A DNA stretch of 64,000 nt from an uncultured Geobacter sp. (GTDB taxonomy: Bacteria > Myxococcota_A > UBA9160 > JADFDR01), in contig CAYRID010000002.1 of the NCBI GenBank assembly GCA_964424225.1, forward strand, positions 2,254-66,253, written 5' to 3'. Below the pieces are notes generated by a model, which was given only the letters and a program-made list of their open reading frames with translations, was not told the origin of the DNA and ran no database searches. The stretch's first letter is position 1, and every line of letters begins with the position of its first letter. Below are positions 18,693-29,056 of the stretch, in pieces. The position numbers and the translations under genes were made by a program.

Positions 18693-20132
18693 TTGAGTCC
18701 TAGACGAGGAAGTGATTCCAACAACGAGAACCCAATGAATCGAGGTGGTCGCCGCAACGGCGGACGTCGCCGCAGCGGTGGACGCGGTGGCAATATGAAT
18801 CGCCAAGATCGCGGTCCGGAGATGTATGACATTTCCGACGAAGAAATCGGTAGTGACGACGAAGTCGATCCGAGCAAACGCGTTTATGTCCGTGATCTCA
18901 AGAACAAGTCAATGGAAGAACTCACCGAGCTTGCCGAACGCCTCAACATCGAGGGCGCGGCGGGGATGCGCAAACAAGATCTGATCTTCAATGTCCTCAA
19001 AGCCAAAAGTGAGAGCAGCGACGAGCGCGTGTACGCCGAAGGCGTGCTCGAATGTTTGCCCGATGGTTTTGGGTTTTTGCGTGCGCCGGATCAAAACTAT
19101 TTGCCCGGCCCCGATGACATCTATGTTTCTCCGTCGCAGATTCGCCGTTTTGGTTTGCGCACGGGTGATTCCGTGCAAGGACAAATCCGTTCGCCGAAAG
19201 AAGGCGAGCGATATTTTGCGCTGCTCAAAGTAGGTTCGATCAATTTTGAGCCGCCGCTTGCGAGCCGACGCAAAATTTTCTTCGACAATCTCACGCCGTT
19301 ATATCCGCAAGAGAAGTTCAACTTGGCGTATGACGGGGCAGGACTGACGACGCGGATCATCGATTTGGTGGCACCGATCGGCAAAGGTCAGCGTGCCTTG
19401 ATTCCGTCGCCGCCCAAGGCCGGCAAGACGATGCTTTTGAAGGACATCGCGAATGCGATCAGCACCGCGCATCCCGAGGTCTTCTTGATCGTGCTCTTGA
19501 TCGACGAACGGCCCGAGGAAGTGACGGACATGCTGCGCACCGTGAAGGCGGAAGTGATTTCGTCGACCTTCGATGAACCGGCCACCCGACACGTTCAAGT
19601 GGCGGAGATGGTGATCGAGAAAGCGAAGCGTCTCGTTGAGCACAAGCGAGACGTGGTGATTTTGCTCGATTCGATTACGCGACTTGCGCGCGCATACAAT
19701 ACGGTCGTGCCGCACTCCGGAAAAATTCTTTCGGGTGGTGTCGATTCGAACGCGCTTCACAAGCCGAAGCGTTTCTTTGGTGCAGCGCGCAATGTCGAAG
19801 AAGGTGGCAGTCTCACGATTGTGGGCACGGCACTGATCGATACCGGTTCGCGCATGGACGAAGTGATCTTCGAAGAGTTCAAGGGCACCGGCAATTCGGA
19901 AATCGTGCTCGATCGCAAACTCGCCGAACGCCGCACCTATCCGGCGATCGACATCAGCAAATCGGCGACGCGCCGCGAGGATTTGCTTTTGGATGACAAC
20001 ACGCTCAGCCGCATGTACATCCTGCGCAAAGTGCTCGCGCCGCTCAACCCGGTCGACTCCATGGAATTCTTGCTCGAAAAGATCAAGGCCACGGCCAATA
20101 ACGAAGACTTCTTGAAGTCGATGAACTCGTAA
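18693..20132 (+). CDS. rho: Transcription termination factor Rho with about 65-aa RG-rich/acidic N-terminal extension
   Basis: The core matches Rho ([57 protein letters not shown]). TTG at 18693 follows AGGAAGAGAGG. ATG at 18735 is an alternative start. Confidence 0.9.
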   Translation: MSPRRGSDSNNENPMNRGGRRNGGRRRSGGRGGNMNRQDRGPEMYDISDEEIGSDDEVDPSKRVYVRDLKNKSMEELTELAERLNIEGAAGMRKQDLIFNVLKAKSESSDERVYAEGVLECLPDGFGFLRAPDQNYLPGPDDIYVSPSQIRRFGLRTGDSVQGQIRSPKEGERYFALLKVGSINFEPPLASRRKIFFDNLTPLYPQEKFNLAYDGAGLTTRIIDLVAPIGKGQRALIPSPPKAGKTMLLKDIANAISTAHPEVFLIVLLIDERPEEVTDMLRTVKAEVISSTFDEPATRHVQVAEMVIEKAKRLVEHKRDVVILLDSITRLARAYNTVVPHSGKILSGGVDSNALHKPKRFFGAARNVEEGGSLTIVGTALIDTGSRMDEVIFEEFKGTGNSEIVLDRKLAERRTYPAIDISKSATRREDLLLDDNTLSRMYILRKVLAPLNPVDSMEFLLEKIKATANNEDFLKSMNS

Positions 20133-20214
20133 CCAACTCTTTGCAACCAACTGCTTTGCCGAACGGATTTTATCTTGTCGAAGCAGGGCGAATGAGCTAT
20201 CAGAAGGCCCCATT

Positions 20215-20415
20215 ATGAAGCCCGAAATTCATCCTCAATATCAAACCGTGCAGGTTCACTGTGCATGCGGCCAGCAGTGGGAGACACGTTCCACATTGCC
20301 GGAAATCCGCGTCGAAATTTGTTCCTCTTGCCATCCGTTTTTCACCGGCAAACAAAAGCTGGTCGATACGGCAGGCAAGGTGGAGAAATTCAAGCGCCGC
20401 TACACGAAGAAGTAA
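20215..20415 (+). CDS. rpmE: 50S ribosomal protein L31 (Zn-ribbon, Cys-containing form)
   Basis: MKPEIHPQY...CACG...[13 protein letters not shown]. Confidence 0.95.
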   Translation: MKPEIHPQYQTVQVHCACGQQWETRSTLPEIRVEICSSCHPFFTGKQKLVDTAGKVEKFKRRYTKK

Positions 20416-20495
20416 GCAGCGGCGGTTTTGCACCGACGTTCTCTTTCCTGTTTCGAGATTTTTCTCTCCGGGCGTGGACCGGTGTGAGATGACCT

Positions 20496-21572
20496 ATGTC
20501 GACGCTACTCGAACGCCTTGCTGAAATCGAAGCACGTGCGCGTGCCCTCGAAGAGCAACTTGCGGATCCCTCGCTTGCGGGCGGTTTTGCAGATTTTGCA
20601 AAGGTTGGAAAAAGTCTCGCCGAGTTGCGTCCAATTCTTGATGCAAGCGAACGCTATCGCGCTTTGCACACGGAACTCGAGGGCGCAAAAGCGATGCTCG
20701 ACGAGTCGGACGACGAGCTGCGCGAACTCGCGAAAAGCGAAGCGCAGCGTTTGTCGACGGAGCTCGAAGCGCTCGAAGCGCAAATTGAACAATTGCTGAT
20801 TCCCAAAGATCCGACGGACGCGCGCGACGTCATTCTTGAAATTCGCGCCGGTGCTGGCGGTGAAGAAGCAGCGCTCTTCGCAGCAGAACTCATGCGCATG
20901 TATTCGCGCTACGCCGAGCGCAAAGGTTGGCGCACCGAAATCCTTTCGCTCAGCGAAGCCGATGCGGGCGGTACGAAAGAAGCCATTCTCTCGATTAAGG
21001 GCAGTGGTGTATTTGGCCAGATGAAGCATGAGCGCGGTGTGCATCGCGTGCAGCGCGTGCCTGCGACGGAAGCACAAGGCCGCATTCACACTTCGACGGT
21101 GACGGTGGCGGTTTTGCCGGAAGCCGAAGAAGTCGACATCGAGATCAAGCCCGAAGACCTACGCATTGATGTGTTTCGCGCTTCAGGCCCTGGCGGACAA
21201 AGCGTGAACACGACGGATTCGGCGGTGCGCATCAAGCATCTCCCGACAGGCGTCGAAGTGCAGTGCCAAGACGAAAAATCGCAGCACAAGAACAAGGCGA
21301 AGGCTTTGCGCGTGTTGCGTTCGCGGCTTCTCGAAGCCGAACAAGCCCGCGCCGATGCCGAACGCGCAAGCGAGCGACGCTCGCAGGTAGGCACTGGTGA
21401 TCGCAGCGAACGAATTCGAACATATAATTTTCCACAATCGCGTGTCACAGATCATCGCGCGGGCATTACATTGCATTGCTTGGAAGATTGCATGGCCGGC
21501 GATCTTGATGAGCTCCTGACGGGAATTGCGAGTTATTTTGCCGCCGAAGTGCGGAAAAAGGCGCAGTTGTGA
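20496..21572 (+). CDS. prfA: Peptide chain release factor 1
   Basis: PAT tripeptide (RVPATE) and GGQ motif ([23 protein letters not shown]). Confidence 0.95.
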   Translation: MSTLLERLAEIEARARALEEQLADPSLAGGFADFAKVGKSLAELRPILDASERYRALHTELEGAKAMLDESDDELRELAKSEAQRLSTELEALEAQIEQLLIPKDPTDARDVILEIRAGAGGEEAALFAAELMRMYSRYAERKGWRTEILSLSEADAGGTKEAILSIKGSGVFGQMKHERGVHRVQRVPATEAQGRIHTSTVTVAVLPEAEEVDIEIKPEDLRIDVFRASGPGGQSVNTTDSAVRIKHLPTGVEVQCQDEKSQHKNKAKALRVLRSRLLEAEQARADAERASERRSQVGTGDRSERIRTYNFPQSRVTDHRAGITLHCLEDCMAGDLDELLTGIASYFAAEVRKKAQL

Positions 21573-22501
21573 GTGACCAACACGATAAAGTGTCATCCGC
21601 TCAGCAAGGTCTCAATACCAAATCGAGAGAAGAGCCAAAGGTCGCAAAAAACTGGACGGTGCTCGAGCTTCTGCGCTGGACCACGAAGTATTTTCAAGAG
21701 CATGAACTCGAAAATTCGCGGCTCGATGCGGAATGCCTCTTGGCGCACGCACTCGGTTGTGATCGTCTTCGTGTGTATCTTGATTTTGAAAAACCGGTGA
21801 CGGATGCCGAGCGCGCACGCTTTCGCGAACTCGTACAGCGCCGCGCAAAAGAACGCGTGCCGGTGGCGCTGCTTACGAGTCACAAAGAATTTTGGTCGTT
21901 GCCGCTGCGCGTGACTTCGTTGGTGCTGACACCGCGTCCCGACACTGAAACGCTCGTGGCGTCGGCCCTCGATTTTTTGCGCGAGCGCGACAAAGCTTAT
22001 CGTGTGCTTGATCTTGGCACGGGCAGTGGCGCTGTGGCATTGGCAATAGCAAGCGAACGTCCGCATGCAAGCGTAACGGCGACGGATGTTTCGTCGGCTG
22101 CACTCGCCGTAGCGCGCGCCAATGTTGAGGCGCTCGGTCTGCAAGATCGCGTGCGTTGCATTGAGAGCGATTGGTTCGCTGCGCTCGCCGACGAAGTTTT
22201 CGATTTGATTGTTTCCAATCCGCCGTACTTGGCTGATGCAGAAGCCGCGACGCTTGCACCGGAACTCGCGCACGAGCCCGAAATTGCTCTTTTTGCAGGC
22301 CCGACGGGCTTTGAGGCGTTGCAGCAAATTGGCACGCAGGCGCAGCAGCACTTGCACGCAGGCGGTCTGCTTGCACTTGAAATCGCACCGAGCCAAGCCA
22401 AAACCGTGCAAGAGCACTTGCAGAGCGCCGGTTTTGTAGACGTCAAAATTTTGAAAGATTTGGCCGGGCGCGCGCGGGTTGTAGAAGCACGAAGCCCGTA
22501 A
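21569..22501 (+). CDS. prmC: Release factor glutamine N5-methyltransferase PrmC/HemK
   Basis: [14 protein letters not shown] and IVSNPPY motifs. GTGA overlap with prfA. Confidence 0.9.
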   Translation: MSDQHDKVSSAQQGLNTKSREEPKVAKNWTVLELLRWTTKYFQEHELENSRLDAECLLAHALGCDRLRVYLDFEKPVTDAERARFRELVQRRAKERVPVALLTSHKEFWSLPLRVTSLVLTPRPDTETLVASALDFLRERDKAYRVLDLGTGSGAVALAIASERPHASVTATDVSSAALAVARANVEALGLQDRVRCIESDWFAALADEVFDLIVSNPPYLADAEAATLAPELAHEPEIALFAGPTGFEALQQIGTQAQQHLHAGGLLALEIAPSQAKTVQEHLQSAGFVDVKILKDLAGRARVVEARSP

Positions 22502-22588
22502 TCGGTGTAGGCTAGAGGTGTTTTCCCGAAGGGAGTCGCCCACTCGCCTCAAAAAAGTGTAATTCAGAACCATGAAAGCAGAGAAAGC

Positions 22589-23848
22589 ATGGATCGCATC
22601 ATCGTGAATGGAGGCCGTCGCTTGAGCGGCGAAGTGGCCATTTCTGGATCGAAAAATTCGACGCTTGCGTTGATGGCGGCTGCACTCCTCACCGACGAAG
22701 AAGTTGTGTTGCGCAATGTTCCACGCGTACGCGATGTGGACGGCATGCTTGCAATTTTCGAAGCGCTGGGGGCGAAGGCAAGCTGGGATTCGCAAGATCC
22801 GCACGCGGTGCGGATCAATGCCTCAAATTTGTGTCATTTCGAGGCGCCTTACGATCTCGTGCGAAAGATGCGCGCTTCTTTCATGGTGATGGGCCCCCTC
22901 GTGACGCGCTTTGGACAAGCGCGTGTGTCGGAGCCGGGTGGTTGTGCGATCGGCGTGCGTCCGATTGATCAACACTTGAAAGGCATTGAAGCACTCGGCG
23001 GCAAAGTGCGCCTCGATCACGGTTATGTGGAAGTGACGGGTGCACCGCTCGTCGGTGCAAATTTTTCGTTCGACATCACGACCGTCAACGGAACGCAGAA
23101 TGTGATGATGGCTGCGACCCTTGCGAAGGGTGAGACCGTGCTTGAAAACGCTGCGCGCGAGCCGGAAGTCGTTGAGCTTGCGGAAGTCTTGCGCAAAATG
23201 GGTGCGGATATCGAAGGCGAAGGCACGGACCGAATCGTGATTCGTGGAGTGACACATTTGCGTGGCATCGAGCACCGCGTTGCGGGCGATCGCATTGAGG
23301 CGGGTACTTTGCTCTGCGCAGCGGCCATCACTAAGGGTGATGTTTGGATTCGCGGTGTGCTGCCGGAGACGATGGGTGCCACGCTCGAAAAGTTACGCGA
23401 AATCGGCGTTGAGATTACGGTGCAAGGCGATTCGATTCGAGCGTGCGTGCCCGACGGCTTGCACGGCATTCATGTCACGACGGCGCCGTATCCAGGTTTT
23501 GCGACGGATATGCAGGCACAGATCATGGCGCTCTTACTCGTCGCCGAAGGCTCGAGCGTGGTGACCGAGAAAGTTTTTGAGAATCGCTTCATGCATGTGC
23601 CCGAGTTGCAACGCTTGGGTGCAGACATCACGCTCGACGGTCGCTCGGCACATCTTCGTGGCAATGCGCGTTTAATGGGAGCGCCGGTCATGGCCACAGA
23701 CTTGCGTGCATCGGCTGGGCTCTTGGTGGCGGCGCTTGCAGCCGAGGGCGAGACAACGGTGCATCGCGTCTATCACATTGATCGCGGTTATGAACGCATC
23801 GAAGAAAAATTAAAGAGCCTGGGTGCGGAAATCCGCCGGGAGGGATGA
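22589..23848 (+). CDS. murA: UDP-N-acetylglucosamine 1-carboxyvinyltransferase
   Basis: MDRIIVNGGRRLSGEVAISGSKNSTLALMAAALL..., active-site region PGGCAIGVRPIDQHL, and full-length similarity. Confidence 0.95.
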   Translation: MDRIIVNGGRRLSGEVAISGSKNSTLALMAAALLTDEEVVLRNVPRVRDVDGMLAIFEALGAKASWDSQDPHAVRINASNLCHFEAPYDLVRKMRASFMVMGPLVTRFGQARVSEPGGCAIGVRPIDQHLKGIEALGGKVRLDHGYVEVTGAPLVGANFSFDITTVNGTQNVMMAATLAKGETVLENAAREPEVVELAEVLRKMGADIEGEGTDRIVIRGVTHLRGIEHRVAGDRIEAGTLLCAAAITKGDVWIRGVLPETMGATLEKLREIGVEITVQGDSIRACVPDGLHGIHVTTAPYPGFATDMQAQIMALLLVAEGSSVVTEKVFENRFMHVPELQRLGADITLDGRSAHLRGNARLMGAPVMATDLRASAGLLVAALAAEGETTVHRVYHIDRGYERIEEKLKSLGAEIRREG

Positions 23849-25227
23849 CGATGGCGAGTCGGGCAGGGTCAAAAGAGTTGCTCTCCGTCTTGAAAACGGA
23901 AGATTCAAAATTTGAAGCCGCCTTTAAAAAGTTGGTAGAGCGCCGCTTTCGCGACGACGACAGCGTCGAGAAAACAGTACGCAAAATTCTTGCAAGCGTG
24001 CGTGAACGTGGCGACACCGAGTTGTTGGCGTTGACCGAAAAATATGATGGCGCGACACTGAAAAGTTTAGAGGTGACAAAACGCGAATGGGACGATGCGG
24101 TCGCAAGCGTCGATCCTGCAAATCGCGCGGCGATTGGTAAAGCTGCGATGCGCGTACGCGAATTTCATCGTAAACGTATTCCGTCGAGCTGGGAGATGCG
24201 TGAAGAAGGAGGCGCTTTCATGGGGCAGCGCCTGCGCCCGCTTGAGCGCGTTGGCATTTATGTTCCGGGTGGCAAGGCCTCGTATCCGTCGAGCGTGATC
24301 ATGAATGCAGTGCCGGCCTCGGTGGTTGAAGTTCCGGAAATCGTGATGGTGACGCCACCCGATGCCGAGGGACGAATTCGTCCGGAAGTGTTGATGGCGG
24401 CGCGCGTGGCGGGAGTACATCGCGTATTCAAGATTGGTGGCGCGCAAGCCGTGGCAGCGCTTGCTTACGGTACGCAGAGTGTGCCGCGCGTCGATAAGAT
24501 CGTGGGACCCGGAAATGTGTATGTTGCGACGGCAAAGCGGCTTGTGTTTGGTGAAGTAGGGATCGATCTCGAAGCCGGCCCGAGCGAGATTTTGATTATT
24601 GCCGACAAAACGGCGACACCGGCGTGGATCGCGGCGGATTTGCTCTCTCAAGCGGAACACGATGAGATGGCGTGTCCGATCTTGGTGACGCACGTGAAAC
24701 CGCTTGCTGCACGCGTGCAAGAACAGCTCGAAAAACAGCTTGCTGATCTCAAGCGCGCCAAAATTGCACGCGAGTCGCTTTCGAAACACGGCGCGATCAT
24801 CGTGACGAAGAATCTCGAAGAATCGATTGCAATTTCGAATCGCTATGCACCCGAACATTTGGTGCTGGCGCTGGAAGACGCCGACGTGGTGTCCAAGAAA
24901 ATTACGAATGCTGGGGCATTGTTTTTAGGGCACTACACGCCCGAAGCGGTCGGAGATTATTTGGCAGGACCAAGTCATGTGCTTCCGACGGGTGGAACGG
25001 CGCGCTTTTTCTCACCGCTTGGTGTAGAGGACTTCTTGAAACGAATGAGTGTTATACGTTTTGAGCCGGCAAAACTGCGTGAACTCGGGGTCGATGTCAT
25101 TCGGTTGGCGGAGATTGAAGGCCTTGCGGGACACGGTATGGCCGTGGAGTTGCGTTTGCAAAAAATTCGGCGCGCTCGTCGTGAACGCGATGCATCACGC
25201 GACGGTGGCGACGCAGAGGAGGCATGA
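23845..25227 (+). CDS. hisD: Histidinol dehydrogenase
   Basis: GIYVPGGKASYPSSVIMNAVPA...GPGNVYVATAKR...QAEHDE...APEHL. ATGA overlap with murA. Confidence 0.9.
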   Translation: MTMASRAGSKELLSVLKTEDSKFEAAFKKLVERRFRDDDSVEKTVRKILASVRERGDTELLALTEKYDGATLKSLEVTKREWDDAVASVDPANRAAIGKAAMRVREFHRKRIPSSWEMREEGGAFMGQRLRPLERVGIYVPGGKASYPSSVIMNAVPASVVEVPEIVMVTPPDAEGRIRPEVLMAARVAGVHRVFKIGGAQAVAALAYGTQSVPRVDKIVGPGNVYVATAKRLVFGEVGIDLEAGPSEILIIADKTATPAWIAADLLSQAEHDEMACPILVTHVKPLAARVQEQLEKQLADLKRAKIARESLSKHGAIIVTKNLEESIAISNRYAPEHLVLALEDADVVSKKITNAGALFLGHYTPEAVGDYLAGPSHVLPTGGTARFFSPLGVEDFLKRMSVIRFEPAKLRELGVDVIRLAEIEGLAGHGMAVELRLQKIRRARRERDASRDGGDAEEA

Positions 25228-25829
25228 ACACAATGCAAAAATTAACGCGAAAAAGTGTAATCGAACGAAAAACGCGTGAGACGGAAATTCGATTGGAGCT
25301 CGATCTCGACGGATCGGGTCGATACGACATCGAGACGGGAATCGGTTTTTTCAATCACATGCTGGAATCGTTCGCCAAACACGCACTCTTCGATTTGACA
25401 TTGCGCGCAAAGGGTGATTTGCAAGTCGATGACCATCATGCCGTGGAAGACGTCGGCATTTGCCTTGGGCAAGCGATCCGCCAGGCTCTTGGCAGCGCCG
25501 AGGGTTTGCGCCGTTTCGGTTTCTTTGTCTTACCGATGGGGGAAGCGAAGGCAGAGTCTGTCGTCGATGTGTCAAATCGACCTTTTTTTGTGTATAACGT
25601 CGAAGTTCAAAACTTGCGTGCGGGTGATTTCGATATTTCACTTGTCGAAGAATTCTTTGGCGCGCTTTCGCAGAGTGCGGGACTCGATTTGCACATCGAG
25701 CTTCGTTACGGAAAGAACCCGCACCATGTGGCGGAAGTGATTTTTAAAGCGACGGCTCGTGCACTCAAGATGGCACTTGAGATTGATCCGCGTGTGCAAG
25801 GTGTTCCGTCGGTGAAGGGCACTCTCTAA
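25224..25829 (+). CDS. hisB: Imidazoleglycerol-phosphate dehydratase
   Basis: RKTRETEIRLELDLDG...GIGFFNHMLE...DDHHAVEDVGI...GKNPHHVAEVIFKA. Confidence 0.92.
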   Translation: MNTMQKLTRKSVIERKTRETEIRLELDLDGSGRYDIETGIGFFNHMLESFAKHALFDLTLRAKGDLQVDDHHAVEDVGICLGQAIRQALGSAEGLRRFGFFVLPMGEAKAESVVDVSNRPFFVYNVEVQNLRAGDFDISLVEEFFGALSQSAGLDLHIELRYGKNPHHVAEVIFKATARALKMALEIDPRVQGVPSVKGTL

Positions 25830-25856
25830 CATTACAAACAGGGTGAGTGGATTTTC

Positions 25857-26501
25857 ATGGCGCGCAAGCTTCGCATTGCTTTGATCGACTACGGTGCTGG
25901 CAATCTCCGCAGTGTCGCCAAAGCTTTGCTGCGCTCGGGCATGGATCCGGAAGTGACGAATCGCCCGGAAGCGCTGCGCTTGGCGGATGCAATCGTTTTA
26001 CCGGGTGTCGGTGCCTTTGCCGATGCCGTGAGGAGTTTGCGCGCACAACACTTCGACGAGGCGCTGCTGGAAGCAATCCGGATGGGAAAACCGTATCTCG
26101 GGTTTTGCTTGGGTTTGCAGATGCTCTTTGAAGAAGGTGCTGAGCACGGACCGAGTACGGGACTTGGAATTTTCAAAGGTCGTGTCGAGCGCTTTCCTGT
26201 GTGTGGTGCGTCGGGTGCGCCGCTACGCGTGCCACATATTGGTTGGAACGAGGTCGTTTTCGACGGTGCGCACCCACTACTTGCCCAAATGCCGAAGCGC
26301 GATTTCTTCTATTTCGTGCATTCGTATCGAGTTGTTGAGACGGATGCCGATGTTGTTGTCGGACGCACGGACTACGGCGGTGTTTTTGCGTCAGCAGTCG
26401 CGAAAGACAATTTGTTCGCAGTGCAATTTCATCCGGAAAAAAGTCAACGCGCAGGCAAGCGTTTGCTCGATGCCTTTGCGCAATGGATTCAAAAATGTTG
26501 A
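25857..26501 (+). CDS. hisH: Imidazole glycerol phosphate synthase, glutamine amidotransferase subunit
   Basis: IALIDYGAGNLRSV...LPGVGAF...GFCLGLQML...HSY...QFHPEKS (Cys-His-Glu triad context). Confidence 0.92.
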   Translation: MARKLRIALIDYGAGNLRSVAKALLRSGMDPEVTNRPEALRLADAIVLPGVGAFADAVRSLRAQHFDEALLEAIRMGKPYLGFCLGLQMLFEEGAEHGPSTGLGIFKGRVERFPVCGASGAPLRVPHIGWNEVVFDGAHPLLAQMPKRDFFYFVHSYRVVETDADVVVGRTDYGGVFASAVAKDNLFAVQFHPEKSQRAGKRLLDAFAQWIQKC

Positions 26502-27121
26502 AGCGCAGTTTTCGCGTTTTGGTGTTTGCCAGTGTCGCTTGTTTTGCCACGGCTTGTTTTCATTCGTTTGCAAGAGTGCAGACAACTCCTTTGTTGCAAT
26601 CCAAGCAGTCAACATTAAATCGTGTAGCAGTGCTGCCCTTCTCGGAGGGTTCCAGTGTGCCGCACGGTCAAAGTATTGGCGTACTCGTGGCGCGCTACAT
26701 GGCCGAGGCACTTGTTGCGCAAGGTTTTCAAGTCATTCCCGCCAGTGACGTGCAAAGTGTGCTTGCTGATACTTCTGTGCCGGTGGAGGAAATCAGCCAG
26801 CGCTTACAAGAAAAATTTGGCGTGGACAGCATTTTGACGGGTGAAGTTCAACATTATGAAGTGTTGAAGGGCAGTGCTGCGGGGGCAACGAGACCGGCTC
26901 GGGTAGGGTTTCGGACGACGCTATATCGCGCACAAGATGCCGAAAAGTTACTCGACGCCGCCTTCGATGAGCGGCAAGTTGCGCTCTCGGAAAATCTCTT
27001 GGTGGCGACGCGTTATCCCGGCGGTGGTAGTTACTGGCTTTCTGCGGAGGAGCTTGCGCGTTGGGGCAGCGAAAAAGTGGCGAAGGCGCTCATGAAAATA
27101 CGCAAGGAGCAGGCGAAGTGA
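26495..27121 (+). CDS. Putative lipoprotein of unknown function inserted between hisH and hisA
   Basis: N-terminal MLKRSFRVLVFASVACFATAC is a signal peptide with a lipobox-like Cys. It overlaps the hisH stop, and its own stop overlaps the hisA GTG (GTGA). I recognise no catalytic motif. Confidence 0.55.
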   Translation: MLKRSFRVLVFASVACFATACFHSFARVQTTPLLQSKQSTLNRVAVLPFSEGSSVPHGQSIGVLVARYMAEALVAQGFQVIPASDVQSVLADTSVPVEEISQRLQEKFGVDSILTGEVQHYEVLKGSAAGATRPARVGFRTTLYRAQDAEKLLDAAFDERQVALSENLLVATRYPGGGSYWLSAEELARWGSEKVAKALMKIRKEQAK

Positions 27122-27858
27122 GTGCGTTTGAACTCATTCCAGCGATTGATCTTCTTGACGGGCAGTGCGTGCGGCTTTCGCAAGGACGCTATGACGCTGC
27201 AACGGTGTATGCCGCAGATCCCGCACAAGCAGCGCAGAATTTTTTGAAGCATGCGATTCGTCGTTTGCATGTCGTCGATCTCGATGGTGCGAAAAGGGGT
27301 ACACCGCAAAATCAAGCGGCAATTCGCGACATCGTGGCGGCCGCAGGTGATGTGCCTGTGCAGCTTGGCGGTGGCATTCGCACGCTCGCGGTCGTGGAAG
27401 AAATGCTCGAACTCGGCGTGCAACGTGTGATCCTTGGCACGATCGCGCTTACGGATCCCGATCTCGTGCGGCAAGCGGCAAAGCGTTTCGCAGGTCGAGT
27501 GGCGGTGGGGCTCGATGCGCGCGATGGCCGTGTCGCCGTCCAAGGCTGGCTCGAAACGAGTGATGTGCTTGCGGTCGATTTGGCAAAACGCTTTGAAGAC
27601 GTTGGCGTCGCTGCCTTGATTTACACCGATATTTCGCGCGATGGAATGTTGAGCGGACCAAATTTAGAAGCCACCGTGAAGCTTGCGCAAGCAGTACACA
27701 TTCCTGTGATTGCATCGGGCGGCGTGGGTTCGCAGGCCGATATCCAAAACGCTGCCGCATTGCATGCGCAAGGCATTGCCGGAGTGATCGTCGGTCGCGC
27801 TCTGTATACCGGTGCCGTCGATTTGGCGCGTGCTTTGAAAGGCATTGCATGTTGCTAA
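27118..27858 (+). CDS. hisA: 1-(5-phosphoribosyl)-5-[(5-phosphoribosylamino)methylideneamino]imidazole-4-carboxamide isomerase
   Basis: [20 protein letters not shown]...HVVDLDGA...QLGGGIR...[12 protein letters not shown]...ASGGV. GTG at 27118 is in frame with listed ORF 27061..27858. Confidence 0.87.
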   Translation: MSAFELIPAIDLLDGQCVRLSQGRYDAATVYAADPAQAAQNFLKHAIRRLHVVDLDGAKRGTPQNQAAIRDIVAAAGDVPVQLGGGIRTLAVVEEMLELGVQRVILGTIALTDPDLVRQAAKRFAGRVAVGLDARDGRVAVQGWLETSDVLAVDLAKRFEDVGVAALIYTDISRDGMLSGPNLEATVKLAQAVHIPVIASGGVGSQADIQNAAALHAQGIAGVIVGRALYTGAVDLARALKGIACC

Positions 27859-28646
27859 AGAGAATTATTCCTTGCCTGGATGTCGATCGCGGCCGTGTTG
27901 TGAAGGGCGTGCAATACATCGATCATGTCGATGCCGGCGATCCCGTCGAAGTCGCACGGATGTATGACGAGCAAGGTGCCGACGAAGTGACGTTTCTCGA
28001 CATTACGGCAAGTCACGAAGAGCGCCGTACGATTTTCGATGTCGTGACGCGCACAGCAGAGAGCGTGTTTATGCCGCTTACCGTCGGTGGAGGCGTGCGC
28101 ACATTGCAAGACATTCGCGATCTCCTCAATGCGGGCGCCGACAAGGTTTCGATCATGACGGCTGCCGTCAACAACCCCGACCTCGTCGGTGAAGCGGCTG
28201 TGAAGATTGGCAGTGCGAACCTCGTGCTTGCGATTGATGCGCGGTGCGTGGAGGGTTCGCGCGAAGCGGGTGAGCTGAGCTGGGAAGTTTGCACGCACGG
28301 GGGGCGGCGCTCGACGGGAATTGATGCCGTCGGCTGGGCGCGGCGCATGGCACAGGCCGGAGCCGGCGAGATTTTGCTGACGAGCATGGACGGCGATGGA
28401 ACCAAGGCGGGATACGACCTCGCACTCGTGCGCGCCGTTGCCGACGCAGTGACGATTCCGGTGATCGCGTCGGGCGGCGCCGGTAGCGCCGAGGACATGG
28501 CGGCCGCCCTCGACGATGGTCCTCGTGGCGGCCACGCGCAGGCCGCCCTGGCCGCCTCGATTTTTCACTTCAAAGAGACGACCGTGCCCAAGGTCAAGCG
28601 CCGTTTGCTTGAACTCGGCATTCCGGTTCGTCCGCCGGAGTGTTGA
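27849..28646 (+). CDS. hisF: Imidazole glycerol phosphate synthase, cyclase subunit
   Basis: [16 protein letters not shown]...[11 protein letters not shown]...PLTVGGGVR...[13 protein letters not shown]...IASGGAG. Confidence 0.92.
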   Translation: MLLKRIIPCLDVDRGRVVKGVQYIDHVDAGDPVEVARMYDEQGADEVTFLDITASHEERRTIFDVVTRTAESVFMPLTVGGGVRTLQDIRDLLNAGADKVSIMTAAVNNPDLVGEAAVKIGSANLVLAIDARCVEGSREAGELSWEVCTHGGRRSTGIDAVGWARRMAQAGAGEILLTSMDGDGTKAGYDLALVRAVADAVTIPVIASGGAGSAEDMAAALDDGPRGGHAQAALAASIFHFKETTVPKVKRRLLELGIPVRPPEC

Positions 28647-28838
28647 CTGGCGTCGAAGTGGCTGGCGCTTGGTTCTGGGCGGCGAGTTTTCGCGAGTTGA
28701 TCGGGGAAAATCGCTTCGCTAGCATGCGACCTTCGCGACGCAGGGGCGTCGAAACAAATTTCTAGTCGATTTCAAACCGAGTCGATTTTCGCATTGTGAA
28801 ATAACCGGTTTTTGTGTTGCACGAAGGAGTGTTCAAGG

Positions 28839-29036
28839 ATGTCCGTCATCAAACTCAAAGACAACGAATCTTTCGAATCGGCGATGCGCCGCTTCAAGAA
28901 GCAAGTCGAGAAGACGGGTATTCTGTCGGATCTCCGTCGGCGCGAGTTCTATGATAAACCCAGTGTGCGTCGCAAGAAGAAAGACGTCGCGGCGCGCAAG
29001 CGCGCGCTCAAGAAGATCAAGCGACAGGTGCAATAG
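28839..29036 (+). CDS. rpsU: 30S ribosomal protein S21
   Basis: [42 protein letters not shown]... ATG follows GAAGGAG. It is the first gene of an rpsU-dnaG-rpoD array. Confidence 0.92.
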   Translation: MSVIKLKDNESFESAMRRFKKQVEKTGILSDLRRREFYDKPSVRRKKKDVAARKRALKKIKRQVQ

Positions 29037-29056
29037 CACGGAGGCGCTGGCCGGAT

